DNA of 64,000 nucleotides, taken from positions 95,458-159,457 of the forward strand of contig CAJTLX010000003.1 of assembly GCA_910577165.1 (NCBI GenBank), read 5' to 3'. This document shows positions 55,350-64,000 of the stretch, piece by piece. A program made the translations under genes and the position numbers. Position 1 is the first letter of the stretch; every line of letters begins with the position of its first letter. The DNA comes from an uncultured Lachnospiraceae bacterium (GTDB lineage: Bacteria; Bacillota; Clostridia; Lachnospirales; Lachnospiraceae). Under the pieces are notes generated by a model. The model searched no databases. It saw only the letters and a program-made list of their open reading frames with translations, and had not been told where the DNA came from.

Positions 55350-55589
55350 TTTCTTAATCCTTTCTTTAAGTATACTTCTACATTTACTTTTTTCGCTCTC
55401 CGCGTCACTTCCTTGGCATTGTTGCATTGACGTGCAAAATTCCTGCATCGGCGTACGCAATCAAGTAGAGAAGATTTATCTTCCATTCGCGCCCCTGTGC
55501 ATAAAAAAGACTGCCGCAGATTCCTGCGGCAATCTTCCATACATTTATCGCATTTTATTTCCCTCGATGGATTGGGATATTGTCAAAAC

Positions 55590-56747
55590 CTATTCCAAGG
55601 TATCCTTCCAGTCCTCTACCTGATCAGAAAGTGCCTCCAATGCGTCCCGCAATTCCTCCGCGCTGTCGGTAAACATATCTCTTATCTCATCTCTTACCTC
55701 TTCCATCACGCCTTCCACAATCTCATCCGTATTCAGGTTATCCGTATCCTCCAAAGCTCCCCGAACTCTGCCGACCAGCTCTTCGATATCAAAACTTTCA
55801 AGTCTCTCGCATACCTTGGTCACTTCATTCATCTTTTCGGAGATCTCATTGAATTTTTCCTGAATTTCCGCGGATAAGAGAGCGGCGGCTTCCTTACTGT
55901 CATCCTTTACCTCGGACTGCTTCTGCTTTAATTCCGCAAATTTCTTCTCCATCTCCTCGGTGCTGTACCAGCCATGCTTTGGAAAACCATCCTCAAAGAT
56001 AAGATTGTGCCGTTGTGGACGCTCCCGCTCATAAGGATCCGGACTGTCCGGAAACTGCTCATATGCGGAGAAATCCTTTGCCGTCATCACCGTCATATAT
56101 GCTCGCATCGCAGCAAATTTTAACTGTGTGTACTCATTGTCAAGAGTCCTAAATGGAATCTCGTACAATTCCCAGCCATTCATCTTCTTTCGCGGCTGGA
56201 TAAAATTGCGGTTCAGATTATAGGTATAGCACTGTTCATGATCATTGTTGAAAATAACTTCAAAGCGGCAAACCTCATCATTTCGGTCATTCTCGCCGCC
56301 GTTTAGCCAGAAGGTAAAGCTGCAATCCGTATTCTTTGGCAAAAGCAAAGTTTCCGAGATGATCTCCGTCCAGTTGTGTGCCCAATCCGCAATCATATAC
56401 GCCTCTGAAAGCTTCCCGTCCGGACCTACCATAAAAGAGCGGTTTCCAACATTGTGACTACAGTCGCGATTAAATTTCCATTTTCTCGCGTCAAAATACA
56501 GCTTTAATACCTTGTTTTCGTTCTGCTCATTTTTTGCTTCTATATTATTGATGTCATCCATCTTAATTACCTCCGATTTTTGTATGGTATCGGACATATT
56601 CAGACGAATAGTAAAGTCGTTCATATAACATGCCCGACCCTTTTTTACCAGTCCAACCGCCCTTTTCGGGTACGTCAAACCGATCTTTACGCCATCCGCA
56701 TTGAAAACCTGGATGGTCTTTTTGTCACTGCAAATATTTTTTGTCAT
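55590..56747 (-). CDS. uncharacterised protein: PLMP/RRXRR-like N-terminal module, beta-rich middle domain, acidic coiled-coil tail
   Basis: 385-aa ORF with its own promoter, RBS (AAAGGGGAAG) and flanking terminators. The N-terminal IQVFNADGVKIGLTYPKRAVGLVKKGRACYMNDFTIRL resembles PF14239-type modules (from memory). Confidence 0.7.
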   Translation of the reverse strand: MTKNICSDKKTIQVFNADGVKIGLTYPKRAVGLVKKGRACYMNDFTIRLNMSDTIQKSEVIKMDDINNIEAKNEQNENKVLKLYFDARKWKFNRDCSHNVGNRSFMVGPDGKLSEAYMIADWAHNWTEIISETLLLPKNTDCSFTFWLNGGENDRNDEVCRFEVIFNNDHEQCYTYNLNRNFIQPRKKMNGWELYEIPFRTLDNEYTQLKFAAMRAYMTVMTAKDFSAYEQFPDSPDPYERERPQRHNLIFEDGFPKHGWYSTEEMEKKFAELKQKQSEVKDDSKEAAALLSAEIQEKFNEISEKMNEVTKVCERLESFDIEELVGRVRGALEDTDNLNTDEIVEGVMEEVRDEIRDMFTDSAEELRDALEALSDQVEDWKDTLE

Positions 56748-56807
56748 GGGTGTCTTCCCCTTTTATTTGTGCCGTTTTTTGTTATGGGTGTCACTCCCCT
56801 CACTTTT

Positions 56808-56837
56808 ATTGTAATATAAAACACCAAAACTTGTCAA
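56808..56837 (-). promoter_or_regulatory. candidate sigma-A promoter of the 385-aa ORF
   Basis: TTGACA (56837-56832), 18-nt spacer, TACAAT (56813-56808). Confidence 0.45.
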
Positions 56838-56857
56838 TAAAAATTTCAAAAAATCGG

Positions 56858-56903
56858 CGAAAAATAAAGGCTCGCGAAAACCTGTCCGCGAACCTTTATT
56901 TTT
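56858..56903 (-). terminator. bidirectional-looking rho-independent terminator after gdhA
   Basis: 13-bp stem ATAAAGGCTCGCG / CGCGAACCTTTAT flanked by A-run and T-run. Confidence 0.7.
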
Positions 56904-56960
56904 GCGTGGAGGAAAAACTTTTCCCCGCACAATGGATTTTCTTTTTCTTAATTTAAAACT

Positions 56961-58451
<1,491 letters not shown>

Positions 58452-58534
58452 TTATATAATACCTTGTGAAAAATTGCAAGATTTTTTTGAAAATATTTCC
58501 TCTTAATCCTCGCATACTGCATCAACAGTAAATT

Positions 58535-58577
58535 TCAAAAGGAGCGACACCATATCTTATCCGATGCCGCTCCTTTT
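58535..58577 (-). terminator. rho-independent terminator after tpiA
   Basis: GGAGCG..CGCTCC stem flanked by AAAA and TTTT, 8 nt after the tpiA stop. Confidence 0.75.
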
Positions 58578-58584
58578 CTCTTTT

Positions 58585-59337
58585 CTACTTATTATAGAAT
58601 ACAATCTTTCCAAAATCCGGCTTTAAGCTTGCGCCGCCAACCAGACCGCCGTCAATATTTTCCTGTGCAAACAATTCCGGCGCGCTCGATGCAGAAACAC
58701 TTCCACCATACTGAATACGGATTGCCTCCGCCGTCGCCGCATCGTAGATCTCGCCGATGCAGTCGCGGATTGCCGCGCATACTTCCTCTGCCTGCGCGGT
58801 GGTTGCCACCTTGCCAGTGCCGATCGCCCAGATCGGCTCGTAGGCAATTACCGCAGTCTTTGCCTGATCCGCGGTCACATTTAAGAATGCAATCTTTATC
58901 TGTTGACGAATCCAGTCGATCGTGATCCCCTGCTCTCTCTGCGTGAGGGACTCACCGCAGCAGATGATCGGGGTAATCCCGTGTTCAAATGCCTTTAATA
59001 CCTTTTTATTTACCGTTTCATCCGTCTCAGCAAAATATTCACGTCTCTCGGAATGCCCAATAATCACGTATTTTACGCCGATATCCGTAAGCATATTTGG
59101 CGCGATCTCACCGGTGTAGGCACCGCTCTCCTCGTAGAACATATTCTCCGCGCCGATCGCAATATTTGTCCCCTTCGCCGCCTCAAGAGCTGTGGTTAAC
59201 GAAATCGCAGGAACGCAGAAGACAACATCCACATCCTCATTGTTCACTAAGGGCTTTAATTCTTCAATCAGCTTTACCGTTTCGCTCGGAGTCTTGTTCA
59301 TCTTCCAGTTTCCGGCGATAATCTTTCTTCTTGCCAT
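58585..59337 (-). CDS. tpiA: triosephosphate isomerase
   Basis: [37 protein letters not shown]. Start at MARRK (GGAGG upstream). Confidence 0.96.
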   Translation of the reverse strand: MARRKIIAGNWKMNKTPSETVKLIEELKPLVNNEDVDVVFCVPAISLTTALEAAKGTNIAIGAENMFYEESGAYTGEIAPNMLTDIGVKYVIIGHSERREYFAETDETVNKKVLKAFEHGITPIICCGESLTQREQGITIDWIRQQIKIAFLNVTADQAKTAVIAYEPIWAIGTGKVATTAQAEEVCAAIRDCIGEIYDAATAEAIRIQYGGSVSASSAPELFAQENIDGGLVGGASLKPDFGKIVFYNK

Positions 59338-59368
59338 ATTTTTTTCCTCCATATGCCCGTCTGGGATT

Positions 59369-60562
59369 TTATTTGTCGTTTGCTGCCACAACGCCCGGAA
59401 GCTCCTTGCCCTCCAAAAATTCGAGGGACGCGCCGCCGCCCGTGGAAATATGAGTCATCTTGTCGCCAAAACCAAGCTGGTTAACTGCTGCTGCCGAATC
59501 ACCACCGCCGATAATGGTGGTCGCATCGATCTCTGCCAATGCCTGTGCTACCGCGATCGTACCTTTTGCGAAATTGGACATTTCAAATACGCCCATCGGT
59601 CCGTTCCAAACCACCGTCTTCGCACTCTTAATCGCATCCGCATAGAGTTTGCAGGTTTCCTCACCAATATCAAGCCCCTGCTCGTCCGCTGCGATCCCGC
59701 CTAAACCAACTGTGTGGAACGGCGCATCGTTGGAGAATTCCTTCGCCACTACTGTATCTACCGGAGTGAGAAGCTTCACGCCCTTTGCCTTTGCCTTCTC
59801 AAGCATTTCCTTTGCATAGTCAATATAGTCCGCCTCAAGGAGGGAATTGCCAACTTCATATCCCATCGCCTTCATAAAGGTATATGCCATACCGCCGCCG
59901 ATAATCAGAACATCCACCTTGTCAAGCAGATTGTTGATCACCGAAATCTTCGAGGAAACTTTCGATCCTCCAAGAATTGCCACAAATGGGCGAATCGGGT
60001 TATTCACTGCATTGCCTAAGAAATCAATCTCTTTTTGCATCAGATAGCCTACTACCGCGGTATCCACATACTGTGTCACGCCGACATTCGAGCAGTGCGC
60101 TCTGTGCGCTGTGCCAAATGCATCATTTACAAATACATCGCAGAGAGAAGCAAGCTCTTTGGAGAACGCCTCACCGTTCTTTGTCTCCTCCGCGCGATAT
60201 CTGGTATTCTCAAGCAGAACAACATCCCCCTCATTCATCGTCTCAACCGCCGCCTTTGCATTCTCGCCGACAACGGTCGGGTCCGCTGCAAATTTTACTG
60301 GCTGTGAAAGAAGTTCCTCAAGGGCAGCAGCAACCGGTGCCAGAGAAAGTTCAGGCTTCGGCTCTCCCTTCGGCTTTCCTAAATGGGAGCAGAGAATTAC
60401 TTTGCCGCCGTCGTTAATCAATTTCTTGATTGTCGGAAGTGCTGCCACCAGACGAGTGTTGTCCGTGATCTTGCCATCCTGCAATGGCACGTTGAAATCG
60501 CAGCGCACCAGCACTCTCTTGCCCTTTACATTGATATCGTCCACCGATTTCTTATTTAACAT
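59369..60562 (-). CDS. pgk: phosphoglycerate kinase
   Basis: [61 protein letters not shown]. 397 aa from the ATG at 60562 (GAGGAAAA RBS). Confidence 0.96.
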   Translation of the reverse strand: MLNKKSVDDINVKGKRVLVRCDFNVPLQDGKITDNTRLVAALPTIKKLINDGGKVILCSHLGKPKGEPKPELSLAPVAAALEELLSQPVKFAADPTVVGENAKAAVETMNEGDVVLLENTRYRAEETKNGEAFSKELASLCDVFVNDAFGTAHRAHCSNVGVTQYVDTAVVGYLMQKEIDFLGNAVNNPIRPFVAILGGSKVSSKISVINNLLDKVDVLIIGGGMAYTFMKAMGYEVGNSLLEADYIDYAKEMLEKAKAKGVKLLTPVDTVVAKEFSNDAPFHTVGLGGIAADEQGLDIGEETCKLYADAIKSAKTVVWNGPMGVFEMSNFAKGTIAVAQALAEIDATTIIGGGDSAAAVNQLGFGDKMTHISTGGGASLEFLEGKELPGVVAANDK

Positions 60563-60732
60563 ATTTTCCTCACATTCCGCCGGGATTCGGCTAAATATTT
60601 TAAAATTATGATCGAGTAGAAGAAAAATTTTTCCTGGAAAATTTTTTCCCTTATGTGCAAAGCACATAATCTCGCTGCGCCAGACGCGGGCAATCTTAGC
60701 TGCATAATTCCTCTCCGCGTCTGTGTGCATAA

Positions 60733-60766
60733 GAAAAAGGGGTGCGGTCCTTACAGACCGGACCCC
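60733..60766 (-). terminator. rho-independent terminator after gap
   Basis: Minus strand GGGGTCCGGTC-tgtaa-GGACCGCACCCC followed by TTTTTC. Confidence 0.75.
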
Positions 60767-60816
60767 TTACTGAGTCTTTTACTGAGAAATCCTAATCCGA
60801 TTTTGCGTAAGCCAAA

Positions 60817-61830
60817 TTATGCCAGCTCTGCGAAATACTTGATCGTGCGAACCATCTGGCTCGTGTAGGAGTTCTCGTTGTCATACCAGGAAACAACCTG
60901 TACCTGTGTATTGCCATCCTCCATCGGTGCGCACATTGTCTGTGTTGCATCGAAGAGAGAACCATAGCGCATACCGATAACATCGCTCGATACGATCTCA
61001 TCAGTGTTGTAGCCAAATGACTCGGTTGCCGCAGCCTTCATCGCCGCATTTACCTCATCCTTTGTCACTTTGCCCTTAACTACTGCCACAAGGATTGTGG
61101 TGGAGCCGGTCGGAACCGGAACTCTCTGCGCGGAGCCGATAAGCTTACCATTTAATTCTGGGATAACAAGACCGATCGCCTTTGCTGCGCCAGTGGAGTT
61201 TGGAACGATGTTCTGTGCACCCGCACGGCTTCTTCTCTTATCGCCTTTTCTCTGCGGACCGTCAAGGATCATCTGATCGCCGGTGTAAGCGTGTACCGTC
61301 GTCATAATACCGGACTGGATCGGTGCGAAATCATTGAGTGCTTTTGCCATCGGAGCAAGGCAGTTTGTTGTGCAGGAAGCAGCGGAGATAATCGTGTCTT
61401 CCTTCTTTAAGGTATCATGGTTTACATTGTAAACGATGGTCGGAAGATCGTTGCCTGCCGGAGCGGAGATAACTACCTTTTTTGCACCCGCTGTGATATG
61501 AGCCTGAGCCTTGTCCTTGGATGTATAAAAACCAGTGCACTCAAGAACGACATCAACGTCAAGTTTGCCCCACGGAAGTGCCTCCGCTTTTGCTTCCTTA
61601 TAGATTGTGATCTTCTTGCCGTTTACGGTGATGGAATCTTCGCCGAACGATACGGAATCCGCATACTTATATCTGCCCTGTGCGGTATCGTACTTCAACA
61701 GGTGAGCCAACATTTCCGGGCTTGTCAGGTCGTTGATTGCAACTACCTCATACCCTTCTGCATCAAACATCTGTCTGAATGCGAGACGACCGATACGTCC
61801 AAAACCGTTGATTGCTACTTTTACTGCCAT
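60817..61830 (-). CDS. gap: type I glyceraldehyde-3-phosphate dehydrogenase
   Basis: [26 protein letters not shown]. 337 aa. Confidence 0.96.
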   Translation of the reverse strand: MAVKVAINGFGRIGRLAFRQMFDAEGYEVVAINDLTSPEMLAHLLKYDTAQGRYKYADSVSFGEDSITVNGKKITIYKEAKAEALPWGKLDVDVVLECTGFYTSKDKAQAHITAGAKKVVISAPAGNDLPTIVYNVNHDTLKKEDTIISAASCTTNCLAPMAKALNDFAPIQSGIMTTVHAYTGDQMILDGPQRKGDKRRSRAGAQNIVPNSTGAAKAIGLVIPELNGKLIGSAQRVPVPTGSTTILVAVVKGKVTKDEVNAAMKAAATESFGYNTDEIVSSDVIGMRYGSLFDATQTMCAPMEDGNTQVQVVSWYDNENSYTSQMVRTIKYFAELA

Positions 61831-61873
61831 GATTTTATTCCTCCTAAATATTTTTAACGGATTGTTAAGTTTT

Positions 61874-61919
61874 TGTCAGACTATGGAAAAATTTACCTTT
61901 TTTTCCACAGTATCTGACA
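61874..61919 (-). promoter_or_regulatory. 46-nt imperfect palindrome in the gap leader (operator or 5' stabiliser hairpin)
   Basis: TGTCAGA-tac-TGTGGAAAAA..ATTTTTCCATA-g-TCTGACA on the gene strand, about 20 nt downstream of the candidate -10. Confidence 0.4.
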
Positions 61920-61939
61920 CAAGCTTAACCCTGTTTCTT

Positions 61940-61968
61940 ATTCTACCCAACTTTCCCATAAAATTCAA
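61940..61968 (-). promoter_or_regulatory. candidate sigma-A promoter of gap
   Basis: TTGAAT (61968-61963), 17-nt spacer, TAGAAT (61945-61940). Confidence 0.5.
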
Positions 61969-61998
61969 GTGGGAATTTCATTTTTTAGAAAGAATTTA

Positions 61999-63993
61999 CT
62001 ATTTTGTTTCTGCATAGTCCACAAAACTGATATCAAGATCCACCGCAGCCGCGATCCCCGGCACTTTTCCCTTATCCGAGTACTGCAACATCTGATATTT
62101 GTACGGGAAGGTAAATGTCGTGCCGTAGTACGCATACCATTTGTCATACATGGTAAGACGCTCTAAGTCGATCCCTAAAATCATCCATCTTGTATTCGCA
62201 TAGATCATCGGCCGGTACCCCGCCGCCTTTATGGTCTCGCAGAATGCAATGCAGATATCCGTGCGCAGATCGCGCGGCAGATTATTTGCGCGCGCATTGT
62301 AGGTAGTCACTACCTCAGTATCAAAGATAACCGGGTAGGTAATCTTGTAGTCCCGGATATACTCTAGTACCATATTGGCTTCCTCTATCGCCTCCTCAGT
62401 CGTTGTCGCCTGTGAGAAGAAATAAACTCCCACATCCACGCCCGCCTCGTTTGCCCCCTTGATATTTGTTTCATAGTACGGGTCAAGTTCCAGTGTTCCT
62501 TCATTCATTCCGCGATAGCCGAGCCGGATAATCGCGTAGTCGATTCCCGAATCCTTTACCAGTTTCCAGTTGATATCGCCCTGATATTTGGACACATCAA
62601 TGCCCGTGCGCGAGATCTTTTGCCCATTCTCATCAAAATATTCAAAAAATCCACTCTCGTTTTGGATCAGACGCTCCATATCATAATCCACGCGCGCCAC
62701 CTCATCCGACAGCGCGATATAGTAACGCTGTTTATTTTTTCCGCTGATGGTAATATGTTCCGTCATTCGGCTCTCCCTTGGAAGGATAATTCCCGTACTT
62801 TCCGGGTCTTCCTGATACGGGGTAACATAAGCTCCAAATTTTACATTTTTCAGCACGATATCGCGGTCTACCGCCGCAATTTCGCCGCTTAGCTCTCCCA
62901 GATACTCCCCGTTAGCCGTGTAGACCACCGCGGAGAAACTCATCTTCTCCTCCGCAAGTTCCAGTGTGAAATACCGCTCGAATAAAAGTGGATTTTCCCC
63001 GCTGTAGACAGCATTGGTATAGGTCGCCTGCGCGATCTCATACTGATATGGGACGGAGCCGATGGTCATGGTCATATAAGTATTGGAATATCCCCCCTGT
63101 GTATTGCTGCCCTCTACGTATTCTAAGGAGAACAGTTCAGTAAGTGCCAATTTTAATTCCAATTCGTTGTACTCCCACAATTTTTCTCCGTCCATCATAC
63201 AGACGCGCTCCGGAATAGTTTCCTTAGCTCCTGCATACTGCAAAAAGACAAGCTGATCCCCTTCAGCTCCCGCATACGCGCCATACTTTGGAGCTAAAAG
63301 CGCGAGATTCCCGGTCAGATCATATTCCCACGGGCGCGCAAAAAGCCGCCCTTCCTTTTCTAAGCGCAATTGTCTTTCTTCCTGGTCTTTTGGATATTCG
63401 TTCCAGTAGACAATCCGAAGCTCCTGGTAGGAAAAGCAGAGAGCTTCCCTGCCATCAACCTGTTCAACCGATGCGGTAAACGGCGCGATCGCTGTCTGCT
63501 GCATCGCTGCCACACGCTCTTTTAAATCGGTGACAAGAAAATCGGTCTGCGGGGTGTTCTCCCCTTCATCCCCGAAAGACGGCGTGGGGGTGGGCGATAA
63601 ATTTCCGCTCACCGCCGGAACATTTTTTCCTCTTTGTACCTGATGATAGACAAAAAACGAAGTCCCTGCAACCAAAAGGCAAACCAACTCCACGGCAGCA
63701 ACCGTCCGCCAGAGATTTTTGCTCTTTTTCTTTTCAAATGTTTCAAGGTGCTTCTTTATGCTTTTCATCTCCCCATCCGCCGCTGAAATATCCCCCTTGA
63801 CAAATTTCAGCTTTTCGCGCAGAGCACGTACATCCTCTGAAAGCTGTGCAATCTTCTCCTTCTGCACAAGTGCGTCCTCAAACTTTACAAGTTCTCCGGC
63901 AATCTCCTCCGCTGTCTGCTCCAACTCCCCACAGTTTTGATTGTATTTTGAATACCGCTCCGCCGTTTCATTTAGATGTTTAATCTCTTTCAT
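61999..63993 (-). CDS. membrane-anchored GH25 muramidase (lysozyme) with coiled-coil N-terminus
   Basis: 664 aa. N-terminal coiled coil, TM (VAAVELVCLLVAGTSFFVY), a large middle domain, and C-terminal GH25 (GIDVSKYQGDINWKLVKDSGIDYAIIRLGYRG, WMILGID, QYSDKGKVPGI). Confidence 0.85.
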   Translation of the reverse strand: MKEIKHLNETAERYSKYNQNCGELEQTAEEIAGELVKFEDALVQKEKIAQLSEDVRALREKLKFVKGDISAADGEMKSIKKHLETFEKKKSKNLWRTVAAVELVCLLVAGTSFFVYHQVQRGKNVPAVSGNLSPTPTPSFGDEGENTPQTDFLVTDLKERVAAMQQTAIAPFTASVEQVDGREALCFSYQELRIVYWNEYPKDQEERQLRLEKEGRLFARPWEYDLTGNLALLAPKYGAYAGAEGDQLVFLQYAGAKETIPERVCMMDGEKLWEYNELELKLALTELFSLEYVEGSNTQGGYSNTYMTMTIGSVPYQYEIAQATYTNAVYSGENPLLFERYFTLELAEEKMSFSAVVYTANGEYLGELSGEIAAVDRDIVLKNVKFGAYVTPYQEDPESTGIILPRESRMTEHITISGKNKQRYYIALSDEVARVDYDMERLIQNESGFFEYFDENGQKISRTGIDVSKYQGDINWKLVKDSGIDYAIIRLGYRGMNEGTLELDPYYETNIKGANEAGVDVGVYFFSQATTTEEAIEEANMVLEYIRDYKITYPVIFDTEVVTTYNARANNLPRDLRTDICIAFCETIKAAGYRPMIYANTRWMILGIDLERLTMYDKWYAYYGTTFTFPYKYQMLQYSDKGKVPGIAAAVDLDISFVDYAETK

Positions 63994-64000
63994 TACATCA

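Noticed and set aside
59369-60730. Long N-terminal ORF extensions from the track: pgk to 60730, tpiA to 59391, spoIVA to 29147, GH43 to 27439, MBL to 50421, remA to 51040, Ham1-like to 55460, recU to 36975
   Set aside because: In each case an internal ATG with a strong GGAGG-type RBS coincides with the conserved family N-terminus. The extensions overlap upstream genes or terminators.

Overview
This looks like a chromosomal segment from a spore-forming Firmicute, probably Clostridia or Lachnospiraceae-like (inference from spoIVA, remA, recU, hisZ and gene order). It is densely coded and almost entirely on the minus strand. From start to end it contains: a truncated OmpR-type response regulator, a cyclophilin lipoprotein, ldhA, and a membrane-anchored ComEC-like MBL hydrolase behind a strong promoter carrying two abutting LexA-type boxes. 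Next comes an AT-rich decayed islet (about 4.7-7.5 kb) with an XRE regulator, a DUF4041/T5orf172 pseudogene, an antitoxin/PIN toxin pair and a frameshifted integrase remnant, lying next to tRNA-Ala(CGC) and tmRNA (ssrA). Then follow a MATE pump, a CBS-type family II pyrophosphatase, smpB-rnr-secG, a glucuronoxylan/glucuronate block (GH43, uxuB, uxuA, GH67 aguA), an NlpC/P60 hydrolase, an MCP, a second GH43, spoIVA and a polysaccharide deacetylase. The his operon (hisZGDBA plus a HisF-like/HisIE fusion) has no hisH and no canonical hisF. After it come recU, three rRNA-modification genes (one fused to a HAD phosphatase), relQ, two LCP paralogs, pepD, a UPF0210/ACT pair, rpoZ-remA-yicC, a pair of COG0523-type GTPases, a Ham1-like gene, an uncharacterised 385-aa protein, gdhA, gap-pgk-tpiA and a GH25 muramidase. 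The main signal the genes do not explain is a hairpin-forming intergenic repeat family of about 105 bp, present at five loci (two of them tandem arrays), always between co-directional genes and abutting the downstream ribosome-binding site. I found no CRISPR array, rRNA or intact mobile element, and no clearly complete novel multi-gene system. All calls come from reading the sequence and ORF track by eye; no searches were run.
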